A stretch of 16,064 bases of DNA from Vulcanimicrobiales bacterium (GCA_038231455.1 JBBRLI010000039.1:1-16064), one strand, 5' to 3'. Positions 1 through 8,578 are shown, numbered from the stretch's first letter. The notes: generated by a model from the sequence alone, not told the origin. Program-made: numbers and translations.

Positions 1-1
1 C

Positions 2-181
2 GCTTTGCTAACGCCCGAAGACGTTCACCGCGGACGCGTCAAAGAGCGCACAGACGCCCGCCGTGAGGTGCTTCATGCAGCGTACGCACGCAACCCCGAG
101 CGCTTCGTGCATGGCACGCCGGAACCGCCGGCCCTCAAACCTATCGTGTTCATCAATCCGCCCGAGCCCATCGCGGCATAG
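2..181 (+). CDS. IS3/IS481-type DDE transposase, C-terminal fragment (5' part outside window)
   Basis: Not in the ORF track. Frame 2 reads ALLTPEDVHRGRVKERTDARREVLHAAYARNPERFVHGTPEPPALKPIVFINPPEPIAA* (TAG 179-181). The 'TPxxVHxG...AYxxxPERF...PxPP...INPP' tail is one I recognise from a widespread group of transposases annotated as IS3 family. Confidence 0.85.
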   Translation, partial: ALLTPEDVHRGRVKERTDARREVLHAAYARNPERFVHGTPEPPALKPIVFINPPEPIAA

Positions 182-198
182 AATTTCTTCCGAAAAAT

Positions 199-224
199 GG
201 TCTCAAATAGATTGACACATTCCG
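199..224 (+). mobile_element. Putative right terminal inverted repeat of the IS element
   Basis: GGTCTCAAATAGATTGACACATTCCG lies 17 nt after the transposase stop and resembles the ends I recall for this IS group (..GTCTCAAA..TTGACA..TTCCG). The toxin-like reading frame on the opposite strand loses plausibility at the same point. The partner repeat is outside the window. Confidence 0.65.
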
Positions 225-581
225 GCCTTGCTTGTTGCTATTCTTAACGAAAGCACCAATAACGGTGAGCTTTCCACTTCCCCACGCGAACACAATCCTA
301 AGAGAGCCCCGAGCAGCACTACCTTCCCATTGGCAAACTTTAGGCTCTGTCCGCGGATCGAGCAAAGAGACCTATTCTTGATGTGTTTTTCCATCTAATT
401 TCGCCACCTGGGCAAAAATGACAGACTTCACCTCAAATTCGAGATCTTTCTGGATTTCTGCTAGAGCCTTTGCGTGGTAGGAAATCGGGATCGGCCGTTT
501 TTCGTTCTTCGGAACGGGCTGGGACACTCCACCGGGATATCCGGGTCCTCCCTTGTTCCCACGCTTACCCTTGGAAGCCAC
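225..581 (-). pseudogene. RelE/HigB (Gp49-like) type II toxin pseudogene: in-frame TAG plus IS truncation
   Basis: ORFs 372..581 and 153..365 are in the same frame, separated by one TAG (372-374): MASKGKRG...ISYHAKALAEIQKDL...KTHQE*VSLLDPRTEPKVCQWEGSAARGSLRIVFAWGSGKLTVIGAFVKNSNKQG|IS end. 'RIVF....LTVIGAFVK' fits the RelE/Gp49 C-terminal beta-sheet pattern. The region is visibly AT-richer than the core genes. Confidence 0.6.
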
Positions 582-820
582 TAACCTGCTGCATTTTATA
601 CCCTATATGTTATCGGGAGGTTTCCCTACAAACCTTTGCGTTGAGTTTTAAGCTCGGCTGGGTAGGTTTAAGGAACGACCGTCTAGTGACTATATTCGGC
701 TCCCGAAGTTGGGTTTTGCGCTATGTGCGGCCTCCAAGATTTTTCGGCGCCGGTGAGACTTTATGCGAATGTAATTTTTAGGCGGCTATTTCTGCCGGCC
801 GGTCCGCTGCAAGCTCCACG

Positions 821-2509
821 CTAGAAAACCGGCGTCTCGCGGTAGGTTCCCCAGACGCCTTTGAGTGTCTCGATGAAGTCGCCCATCGTTGCGCCGGCGC
901 GAACGAGTTCGATTGAGATCGGCATGATGTTTTGCGTTGGGTCTTTGGCGACGTCCACGAGTTGCTTAAGAAGAGCATCAAACTTTACCGCATCGCGTTC
1001 GCGGCGCACGCGATGTGTGCGCGAGATTTGGCGCTCGGCTGTCGATTGGTCGTAGGGATGGGTTTCGATTTTCGGATCGGGGGTGCCGTCGACGAAGCGG
1101 TTGACGCCGATGACCGGCTTTTCGCCGGACTGTTTTCGGAGCGCCGTCTCGTAGGCGAAGTCCGCGATGTGACGTTGGAACCAGCCCTCTTGAATGAGCT
1201 TGAGCGTGCCGCCGTTGTCTTCGACTTCTTTCAGTATTTCGAAGATGCGCTTTTCGTAGTCGGTCGTGAGGGCTTCGACGAAGTACGAGCCGCCCAGCGG
1301 ATCGACGACTTGCGTCACGCCGCTCTCTTCCGCGATCACCTGCTGCGTGCGCAGCGCAATGCGCATTGCATCCTCGGTCGGAATCGCGAAGGCTTCGTCG
1401 TATCCATTTGTGTGCAGGGACTGGCATCCGCCGAGCACGGCCGAGAGCGCTTGCAGCGTCGTGCGCATCACGTTGACCATGTATTGCGGCTTCGTGAGCG
1501 ATGCGGCGGCCGTCTGACAGTGGAAGCGCAAGCGCATCGATTCTGGATTTTTCGCACCGAAGCGCTCCTTCATGATCTTCGCGTAGCAGCGGCGTAACGC
1601 GCGGAACTTTGCGACCTCCTCAAAAAAGTCGGCTTGGCAGACGAAGAAGAACGCAAGTCGCGGCGCGAACTCGTCGATGTCCATCCCCGTCTTGAGGACT
1701 TCTTCGACGTAGACGATGAGGTTGGCTAGCGTGAACGCGGCTTCGTGGAGCGGCGAGGAGCCGGCTTCGGAGATGTGATAGCCCGAAATATTGATCGGGT
1801 TGTAGCGCTTCATGTTTTTCGCGCAGTACGTGATGCAGTCGCGCACGATGCGCACCGAGGGTTCGACCGGGAAGATGTACTCTTTCTGGGCCATGTACTC
1901 TTTAAGGATGTCCGCCTGAATCGTACCGGAGAGTTTATTCAAGTCGTAGCCACGCTTTTCGGCGAGCACGACGTACATTGCGAGAAGAATCCACGCCGAC
2001 GGGTTGATCGTCATCGAGACGGAGATCTTCTCGAGATCGATTCCATCGAAGAGCGCTTCCATATCCGCAAGCGTATCGATTGCGACGCCTTCGCGGCCGA
2101 CTTCGCCTTCGCTCATCGCGTGGTCGGAATCGTAGCCCATGAGTGTCGGCATGTCGAAGTCGGTCGAAATGCCGGTCTGACCTTGTGCGATGAGATACTT
2201 GAAGCGAACGTTCGTGTCTTCGCCCGTGCCGAAACCGGCGATCTGGCGCATCGTCCAATTGCGGGAACGGTACATCGTCGGATACGGCCCGCGCGTAAAC
2301 GGATACTGACCGGGAAGTCCGATGTCTTCGGGCGGTGTTTCGCTTAGATCCGCCGGCGTGTAGGTGCGCTTTACCGGCACGTCGCCGAGGGTAAGAAACG
2401 TGTCTTTGCGTTCGCCCGCTTTCTTGAGAAACGTTGCAACCTCGGTCGCTTCCCACTTCTTTTCATCCTCGCGGATTTTATCGATGGCGTTCGGATCGAA
2501 GATGCTCAT
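821..2509 (-). CDS. hcmA: 2-hydroxyisobutyryl-CoA mutase large (substrate-binding) subunit, 562 aa
   Basis: Acyl-CoA mutase motifs YPFTRG, GTIQADILKEY, NISGYH, SLHTNGYDEA, DPLGGSY. Start reassigned to ATG 2509 (AAAGGA upstream, 1 nt after the meaH stop). From this start RQ-I-AGF gives Ile90 and GIST-D-FD gives Asp117, the HCM determinants (methylmalonyl-CoA mutase has Tyr, isobutyryl-CoA mutase Phe). Confidence 0.93.
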   Translation of the reverse strand: MSIFDPNAIDKIREDEKKWEATEVATFLKKAGERKDTFLTLGDVPVKRTYTPADLSETPPEDIGLPGQYPFTRGPYPTMYRSRNWTMRQIAGFGTGEDTNVRFKYLIAQGQTGISTDFDMPTLMGYDSDHAMSEGEVGREGVAIDTLADMEALFDGIDLEKISVSMTINPSAWILLAMYVVLAEKRGYDLNKLSGTIQADILKEYMAQKEYIFPVEPSVRIVRDCITYCAKNMKRYNPINISGYHISEAGSSPLHEAAFTLANLIVYVEEVLKTGMDIDEFAPRLAFFFVCQADFFEEVAKFRALRRCYAKIMKERFGAKNPESMRLRFHCQTAAASLTKPQYMVNVMRTTLQALSAVLGGCQSLHTNGYDEAFAIPTEDAMRIALRTQQVIAEESGVTQVVDPLGGSYFVEALTTDYEKRIFEILKEVEDNGGTLKLIQEGWFQRHIADFAYETALRKQSGEKPVIGVNRFVDGTPDPKIETHPYDQSTAERQISRTHRVRRERDAVKFDALLKQLVDVAKDPTQNIMPISIELVRAGATMGDFIETLKGVWGTYRETPVF

Positions 2510-2510
2510 G

Positions 2511-3476
2511 TTATTCCTTTCCAAAGGAGGCGGCGACGAGTTCGCTTGCCAGAGAGTACGGATCGCCTTCGTGGCGCTGAAGTCGTTCGGCAAGGTTGGG
2601 CGTTAACGCAGCCGATGCGCGTGCGAAGCGTTCCATCAGCAAATTCTCGGCGGTCTTTTCGAGGCGGAATCCAGCGATCTTCACGCGGCGTTTGCGGCCA
2701 GTCTCGGAATTCAGCGCGACCTCTCGGTGCTGCCCGAGCGCATCGAGCAACTCATCAAATCCGTTGCCGGTGTACGAGCTGATTCCGATCACCGGCACGG
2801 TCCACTCCGGTTTCGCCGTCGTCATCGCCCCGAGCGTCATCATCCCTTTGAGATCGGTTATCGTCCGGTTGGCATCGCTGCGATCGCTCTTTGAAACGAG
2901 ATGAATGTCCGCAATCTCGAGCATACCGGCTTTGATCGCTTGAATCTCATCACCGAGACCCGGCGCGGAAACGACGACCGTGGTATCCGAAGCGCGGGCG
3001 ATCTCGACTTCGTCTTGACCGACGCCAACCGTCTCGATGATCACCGTATCGAATCCGCCGACGTCGAGGATGTCAACGGCGTCCATCGTCGCGCGCGCCA
3101 TGCCGCCCATCGAGCCCCGCGTTGCCATACTGCGAATGTAGACACCCGGGTCGCTCACAAGATCCGTCATGCGGATGCGATCGCCGAGAATCGAGCCGCC
3201 CGAATACGGGCTTGATGGATCGATCGCGATAATCCCGACTTTCTTGCCGCTCGCGCGCAAGCGTTCGGTCAGTGTCGAGACAAGCGTCGATTTGCCGCTT
3301 CCGGGAACGCCCGTTACGCCGATGACGTGTGCGCGGCCGGCGCGCTGGTAAATCTCCGCAAGCGCCGCGCGCGCTTCGGGAAATCCGGCTTCCGCACGCG
3401 AGATCATCCGCGCGATCGCCGGGATTTCGCCGTTTGCGACGCGGCTGACGAATTCAGCCGAAGGGACGTAGGTCAT
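2511..3476 (-). CDS. meaH: MeaB/MeaH-family G-protein chaperone of the B12 mutase
   Basis: P-loop GVPGSGKS, AIDPSS, GDRIRM, RSMATRG, ETVGVGQ. Lies between hcl and hcmA, with an ATGA overlap with the hcl stop. Confidence 0.92.
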   Translation of the reverse strand: MTYVPSAEFVSRVANGEIPAIARMISRAEAGFPEARAALAEIYQRAGRAHVIGVTGVPGSGKSTLVSTLTERLRASGKKVGIIAIDPSSPYSGGSILGDRIRMTDLVSDPGVYIRSMATRGSMGGMARATMDAVDILDVGGFDTVIIETVGVGQDEVEIARASDTTVVVSAPGLGDEIQAIKAGMLEIADIHLVSKSDRSDANRTITDLKGMMTLGAMTTAKPEWTVPVIGISSYTGNGFDELLDALGQHREVALNSETGRKRRVKIAGFRLEKTAENLLMERFARASAALTPNLAERLQRHEGDPYSLASELVAASFGKE

Positions 3477-4897
3477 GCGCGCGTCTCCGCGTCGAGTTGC
3501 GCATTCATCTCGCGGAACACTGCGCGGTCGTCGACCACGCGGCGGGCTTTGAAATCCGTGCGCGGTAGTGAACCTCGCGCGACGATCTCCGCTTTGGTTC
3601 GCAGTCCGAGCAGTGTATGGATGCGTCGTGCCGCATCCAGTCGGAACTGCTCGGTCGCCGCGGCATCATCGAGACTGCTCTCGATGCGCAGCAGTAGCTC
3701 ATCCATCGCCGCATCGCGGGTAATGACGATCTGGTGTTCGCCGCCGTAGCCGGGTGTTTCATTAAGCGCAGCGTCGATCTCACTTGGGTACACGTTCTCG
3801 CCGCGAATCGTGAACATGTCATCGATGCGTCCGAAGATGCCCTGCGGGAGCCGCGGATAGGTTCGCCCACACGGATTCGCTTCATTCACCCACAGCGTCA
3901 AATCGCCGGATGCAAGCCGGATCATCGGCTGTGAGGTTCGTTCCAGGTGCGTGTAGACCGGGGTCCCGCGCTGACCGTACGGGACGCGCCGCATCGTTTT
4001 CGGATCGCACACTTCGGTGTAGACGACGTCTTGCCAGCAGAGCATCCCATCCGTCTCGGCGGAACCGGCGACGTTCATCCAAGGCGACATCTCGGCCATC
4101 GAACCCGAATCGAAAACTTTCGCACCGTAGAGTTCTTCGATCCGATCGCGCACGCCGGGGATCGACGCACCGGGTTCGCCCGAGAAGAACATGATTCGTA
4201 AGCCGAAGTCGCGCGGGTTCAGACCTTCGGCAAGCGCCGTCTCGGCGAGGTGAATCGCGAACGTCGGTGTGCCGTAAAAGGCGGTGGGTTTCAGCGCGTG
4301 TAGCCACTGCGCACAGCGCGCCGTCATCCCCGGCGCACCCGCGCCGAACGGAAAGGCTTGCGCGCCGAGGCGTTCCGCCCCGGCGAGCGCACCCCAACTA
4401 CCCATGTACAGGCTCAAAATCGCCGCGATGCAGATCATGTCGCCGGGACGCATCCCCATCGCGTACATGATTCGCGCGTGGGCGTTTGCAATCGCGTTCC
4501 AGTCATTTCGGCCGATCGCAAACGCCGTCGGCCGGCCCGTCGTCCCGCTCGTGCCGTGAATGTGATGGATTTCGCGTACGGGGACGCAGAGGTAATCACC
4601 GAACGGCGGAGTCGTTGCTTGCGATTCGCGCAGATCTTTTTTGCTGAGGACCGGGACCTTATTCTCGAAGTCTTCGAGCGTGTGCAGATGATCCGGATGA
4701 AAGCCGGCCTCATCCCATTTGCGTCGATAGAATCCCGACTCGGCATACGCATAACGACACACGGCTTGCAGGCGTGCGAGGATCGCGCGCTCGCGCAACT
4801 CCGGATCCATCGTCTCGCGATCCGGAAACCAATAGCGGCTGCCGTCGGGCGGAAAATACGCGTCGTCGTACGCGGACGGGTACGACCAGTATTCCAT
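3473..4897 (-). CDS. hcl: 2-hydroxyisobutyrate-CoA ligase (phenylacetate-CoA ligase-like ANL enzyme), 474 aa
   Basis: GTSGTTGRP loop, SGEP, GD, GRIDDM..IRGENVYP, FKARRVVD. Numbered from ATG 4897 (MEYWSYP), SL-Y-MG is Tyr164 and FF-S-GEP is Ser239, matching the HCL specificity residues as I recall them. Sits between hcmB and meaH. Alternative start GTG 4921. Confidence 0.87.
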   Translation of the reverse strand: MEYWSYPSAYDDAYFPPDGSRYWFPDRETMDPELRERAILARLQAVCRYAYAESGFYRRKWDEAGFHPDHLHTLEDFENKVPVLSKKDLRESQATTPPFGDYLCVPVREIHHIHGTSGTTGRPTAFAIGRNDWNAIANAHARIMYAMGMRPGDMICIAAILSLYMGSWGALAGAERLGAQAFPFGAGAPGMTARCAQWLHALKPTAFYGTPTFAIHLAETALAEGLNPRDFGLRIMFFSGEPGASIPGVRDRIEELYGAKVFDSGSMAEMSPWMNVAGSAETDGMLCWQDVVYTEVCDPKTMRRVPYGQRGTPVYTHLERTSQPMIRLASGDLTLWVNEANPCGRTYPRLPQGIFGRIDDMFTIRGENVYPSEIDAALNETPGYGGEHQIVITRDAAMDELLLRIESSLDDAAATEQFRLDAARRIHTLLGLRTKAEIVARGSLPRTDFKARRVVDDRAVFREMNAQLDAETRA

Positions 4898-4907
4898 CTC
4901 GTCCGCC

Positions 4908-5315
4908 TTAGCGCGCTCCACGTTCGTTCACCAGCCGCGTCAGCGTGGCAACGATGGCATCGGGCGGCGTATCTTGCAGCATCACCTCAGCGACGCCCAT
5001 TGCTTTGAGTGCGACGACGTCTTCATCCGGCATCACGCCGCCCGCGACGACGATCATATCGCGCACGCCTTTTTCATCGAGCAGTTTGAAGATTTTCGGG
5101 AAGACGGTGAGCTGAACGCCGGAGAGGAGACTCACACCGAGAATGTCGACATCCTCTTGCACGGCCGCGTTGACGACTTCTTCGGGCGTTCGGTGAAGTC
5201 CGGAGTAAATGACATCCATCCCGGCATCGCGCAGCGTGCGTGCGACGACCCGCACGCCGCGATCATGGCCGTCGAGACCGACTTTCGCCATCAGAACGCG
5301 AATGGGTTGGCTCAT
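4908..5315 (-). CDS. hcmB: 2-hydroxyisobutyryl-CoA mutase small (B12-binding) subunit, 135 aa
   Basis: KVGLDGHDRG (DxHxxG base-off/His-on motif), GVSLLSG, VAGG. Start reassigned to ATG 5315 with GGAGG upstream. Confidence 0.92.
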   Translation of the reverse strand: MSQPIRVLMAKVGLDGHDRGVRVVARTLRDAGMDVIYSGLHRTPEEVVNAAVQEDVDILGVSLLSGVQLTVFPKIFKLLDEKGVRDMIVVAGGVMPDEDVVALKAMGVAEVMLQDTPPDAIVATLTRLVNERGAR

Positions 5316-5382
5316 AACTACCTCCAGCGTCGTCGAACGACGTTGCCTGTACTTGGGCGTTAAAATCGGAGAATCTTTCGCA

Positions 5383-5604
5383 TTGAACGCCCCGCTCTCA
5401 CCGTGCGTCGGTATTTGTGAATTGGAGACGGACCAGGATCGGTGCCGCGGCTGCTTGCGAACCCTCGCCGAAGTCGCTGCTTGGTCGACGCTCTCTAATG
5501 CGGCAAAAATCACCATCTTGGCCGACCTCAAGCGACGGCCTCGAGGGCAAGCTGGCGCCGACGCGAATCTGTCGGCATCTTACTCCCCTCCGGAGGAATC
5601 ATGA
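5383..5604 (+). CDS. DUF1289 (YdhL-like, predicted Fe-S) small protein
   Basis: SPCVGIC...CRGCLRT..E...W signature. Probable TTG start at 5383 after GGAGA; ATGA overlap with the next gene. Confidence 0.82.
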   Translation: MNAPLSPCVGICELETDQDRCRGCLRTLAEVAAWSTLSNAAKITILADLKRRPRGQAGADANLSASYSPPEES

Positions 5605-5798
5605 AGCGCTTACTTTCGCTCGTCATGGCCGCGGCGTTCGCCGCCTCGCTTGGAACCGTCGCACTCGCCGGCACGATGAATAGCGATTCCACGACATCGT
5701 CCGCATCGATGCGGATGGCTTGCCCCAAAGGCAAAACGTACGTCAAAGGTTATAAGAAAAAAGACGGGACCAAAGTCAAAGGCTACTGCAAGAGCTAA
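5601..5798 (+). CDS. Small secreted Lys-rich protein (65 aa) with a C-terminal Cys-bracketed VKGY repeat
   Basis: Strong RBS GGAGGA. Sec signal peptide MKRLLSLVMAAAFAASLGTVALA. Mature part ends CPKGKTYVKGYKKKDGTKVKGYCKS. Confidence 0.85.
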   Translation: MKRLLSLVMAAAFAASLGTVALAGTMNSDSTTSSASMRMACPKGKTYVKGYKKKDGTKVKGYCKS

Positions 5799-5818
5799 GG
5801 GACGTCCACGTGACAATT

Positions 5819-5849
5819 GAAACGGCGCTGTTGCTGACGGCGCCGTTTC
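5819..5849 (+). terminator. Stem-loop, probable terminator or stabiliser after the small secreted protein gene
   Basis: GAAACGGCGCTGT-TGCTG-ACGGCGCCGTTTC: 13-bp stem with one G-U pair, short U tract. Confidence 0.55.
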
Positions 5850-5883
5850 TGCATGTACGACCTCGTAGAGAAGACGGCTAATT

Positions 5884-6684
5884 TTGCGCGGGATCGATTT
5901 GTACGAAGGCGCGGGCGACGTCGATTGGACGGCGCTTGCGGATGTTGGATTCGCAATCATCAAGGCGACGGAAGGCGCGACGATTCGCGATGCCCGGTTT
6001 GCCAGACACTGGCCGGCAATGCGAAAAGCCGGTATCATCCGGGGCGCGTATCACTTTTTTTATGCTGCGTCATCGACGCCGCAACTACAAGCGGAGTCGT
6101 TTCTTGCTACGGTTGGGCCGCTGGTCGAGCGCGATCTTCCCCCGGTGCTTGATATCGAAGAAGCTTCGCTGCAAGGCGTTGCGCCCGCGTCGGTCATCGC
6201 GAGCGCGCAGACGTGGCTGGATCTGATCGAACGTCGCCTTCGCACACCGCAAGGCAAACCGCTGCGCCCGATCCTCTATACGAATGCCGATACCTGGGAT
6301 CGATTGGGAAACCCAAGCGACTTTACGGATTACCCGCTGTGGATCGCAAGCCCGGGTGAGGGCGATCCGGATGTCCCGGTTCCCTTTGGCCGCAGCGACT
6401 GGCTCATCCGACAAACGGCGTTCGATCAAACGCATGTGGGCGTACCCGGACGCGTTGATTTGGACATTGCCAATGCATTCGCGCGCGGCTCCAACGGAGC
6501 GCGCGTGCGCGATATCCAGCAGCGCCTCAAATCGTTGCTCGCCGAATCGACTGATCCCGGTACGATCGACGGCGCGTTCGGTCCGAAAACCGAGTCCGCC
6601 GTTCGCGCCTTCCAACGAACTCGTCGGTTGACGATCGATGGGATCGTGGGATTGAAGACTTGGGTCGAACTAATCTGGTCGTAG
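5884..6684 (+). CDS. GH25 muramidase (lysozyme M1-like) with C-terminal peptidoglycan-binding domain
   Basis: GID..., FAIIKATEG, GAYHFF, catalytic VLDIEE (DxE), ILYT, YPLWIA, GRVDLD. C-terminal 'RGSNGARVRDIQQRL...IDGAFGPKTESAVRAFQ...IDGIVGLKTW' is PG_binding_1. Confidence 0.92.
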   Translation: MRGIDLYEGAGDVDWTALADVGFAIIKATEGATIRDARFARHWPAMRKAGIIRGAYHFFYAASSTPQLQAESFLATVGPLVERDLPPVLDIEEASLQGVAPASVIASAQTWLDLIERRLRTPQGKPLRPILYTNADTWDRLGNPSDFTDYPLWIASPGEGDPDVPVPFGRSDWLIRQTAFDQTHVGVPGRVDLDIANAFARGSNGARVRDIQQRLKSLLAESTDPGTIDGAFGPKTESAVRAFQRTRRLTIDGIVGLKTWVELIWS

Positions 6685-6689
6685 AGAAC

Positions 6690-6725
6690 AAAAAAAGCCG
6701 CACATTGACGTGCGGCTTTTTTTTT
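6690..6725. terminator. Bidirectional intrinsic terminator between the GH25 gene and typA
   Basis: A7-GCCGCAC-ATTGAC-GTGCGGC-T9 between convergent genes. Confidence 0.92.
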
Positions 6726-6737
6726 GTCGCTATCGAG

Positions 6738-8570
6738 TTAGGCGAGAACTTTATCGCCGCGTTTACGCTGCCGTAGACGATCGGTTTCGTTGAGCATGCG
6801 CTTGCGAATGCGAATCGACTTCGGCGTGATCTCGACGAGTTCGTCGTCTTCGATGAATTCGATCGCGCGTTCGAGCGACATCTCTTCGGGCGGCGAAACT
6901 TTGGTCGAGTCATCCGAGCCCGAGGCGCGCATGTTCGTGAGTTTCTTTGCCTTGACGACGTTGATCGCGATGTCTTTATCGTCGTTGGTGCGGCCGACGA
7001 CCATGCCTTCATAGACGTCGATCTGCGGGCCGACGAAGAAGCGACCGCGCGATTCGAGGCCGACCATGGCGTACTCGGTCGTGACGCCGGTTTCGCTTGC
7101 GACAAGAGCGCCGACGCTGCGGCCGGGGATGTCGCCGGCGAGCGGCTGGTGATCGTGATACGTATGCGACATGACGGCCGTACCGCGCGAGAGCGTGAGC
7201 AACTCGCCGCGCAGACCGAAGATGGCGCGGGTGGGCATCGTGTATTCCAGGCGGCGCGTTTCACCGACTTGGAACATGTTGGACATCATCGCGCGGCGAC
7301 GGCCGAGCGACTCGATCACCGCGCCCGAATATTCTTCTTGCACGTCGATGACGACGTACTCGACCGGTTCCATCTTCACGCCTTCGCGTTCGGTGATGAT
7401 GACCTGCGGTTTGGAAACGCCGATTTCGAAGCCTTCGCGACGCATCGTTTCGATCAGGATCGAGAGATGCAGTTCGCCGCGGCCGCGTACTTCGAAGGTG
7501 TCGGCGGATTCGGTATCTTCGACACGCAGCGCGACGTTCGATTCGAGTTCGCGCATGAGGCGATCGCGGATCTGACGCGAGGTGAGGAACTTGCCTTCTT
7601 TACCGGCGAACGGCGAGTTATTGACCATGAAGAACATGGCGACGGTCGGTTCGTCGACAGCGACGGCGGTGATGCCCTCGGGAATGTCGGCCGAGGCGAT
7701 CGTATCGCCGATGTTGAGCCCTTCGATGCCCGAGACGCAGATGATGTCGCCCGCGGAGGCTTCCTCGATCTCGATGCGTTCCAGACCCGCGAATGCGAGA
7801 ATCTTCGTCAGGCGCAGACCCGTTTCGATCGCACCGCCGTCGTGAGCGATCTTGGCGATCGCCGAGTTCACTTTCATCGAACCCCGGAAAACGCGGCCGA
7901 TGCCGATGCGGCCCACATATTTATTGTGGTCGATCGCGGAGACGAGCATCTGGAAACCGCCATCCTCGGCGGGTGCCTCGGGGACATGTTTGACAATCGT
8001 CTCGAAAAGCGGTTCGAGATTTTCGCCGGCATCCTCGAGCTTATACTGCGCGATTCCCGCGCGGCCGTTCGTATACACGACCGGGAAATCGGCTTGTTCG
8101 TCGGAGGCACCGAGTTCGATGAAGAGGTCGAAGACTTCGTTGACGACTTCTTCGGCGCGTGCATCTTTGCGATCGATCTTATTGACGACCACAATCGAGT
8201 GGAGATCGAGCTCGAGCGCTTTACGGAGTACGAAGCGCGTCTGCGGCATGACACCTTCGGCGGCATCGACCAGCAGCACCACGCCCTGCACCATCTGCAG
8301 AACGCGTTCGACCTCGCCGCCAAAGTCGGCGTGGCCCGGCGTATCGACGATATTAAATTTCACGTCGCCATGCTTCACCGCGGTATTTTTTGCCAAGATC
8401 GTAATTCCGCGCTCTTTTTCGAGGGGATTACTATCCATCATGCGGGTCTCGGTGGCCGCGCCTTCGCGGAAAACACCGGATTGCTTGAGCATCGCGTCGA
8501 CGAGGGTTGTCTTGCCGTGGTCAACGTGCGCGATGATAGCAACGTTACGGATATCGCTTCGAGTTCTCAC
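6738..8570 (-). CDS. typA: Translational GTPase TypA/BipA
   Basis: [76 protein letters not shown]. Confidence 0.98.
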   Translation of the reverse strand: MRTRSDIRNVAIIAHVDHGKTTLVDAMLKQSGVFREGAATETRMMDSNPLEKERGITILAKNTAVKHGDVKFNIVDTPGHADFGGEVERVLQMVQGVVLLVDAAEGVMPQTRFVLRKALELDLHSIVVVNKIDRKDARAEEVVNEVFDLFIELGASDEQADFPVVYTNGRAGIAQYKLEDAGENLEPLFETIVKHVPEAPAEDGGFQMLVSAIDHNKYVGRIGIGRVFRGSMKVNSAIAKIAHDGGAIETGLRLTKILAFAGLERIEIEEASAGDIICVSGIEGLNIGDTIASADIPEGITAVAVDEPTVAMFFMVNNSPFAGKEGKFLTSRQIRDRLMRELESNVALRVEDTESADTFEVRGRGELHLSILIETMRREGFEIGVSKPQVIITEREGVKMEPVEYVVIDVQEEYSGAVIESLGRRRAMMSNMFQVGETRRLEYTMPTRAIFGLRGELLTLSRGTAVMSHTYHDHQPLAGDIPGRSVGALVASETGVTTEYAMVGLESRGRFFVGPQIDVYEGMVVGRTNDDKDIAINVVKAKKLTNMRASGSDDSTKVSPPEEMSLERAIEFIEDDELVEITPKSIRIRKRMLNETDRLRQRKRGDKVLA

Positions 8571-8578
8571 AAGGCTTC

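Noticed and set aside
372-374. TAG as a recoded sense codon (pyrrolysine or alternative genetic code)
   Set aside because: TAG is a normal stop for several genes here (hcmA, GH25, uppS, helicase, Rrf2), and the same gene is also IS-truncated, so pseudogenisation is simpler.
821-2593. Methylmalonyl-CoA or isobutyryl-CoA mutase call, and the 590-aa start
   Set aside because: The motif is RQIAGF rather than RQY/RQF, with Asp117. The extra 28 codons overlap meaH, and the RBS supports ATG 2509.
3473-4921. Phenylacetate-CoA ligase (paaK)
   Set aside because: No paa genes nearby; hcm context and Tyr164/Ser239 favour HCL.
5316-5531. N-terminal extension of hcmB, or a cobalamin riboswitch
   Set aside because: The region encodes DUF1289 on the other strand, GGAGG marks ATG 5315, and I see no B12-box motif.
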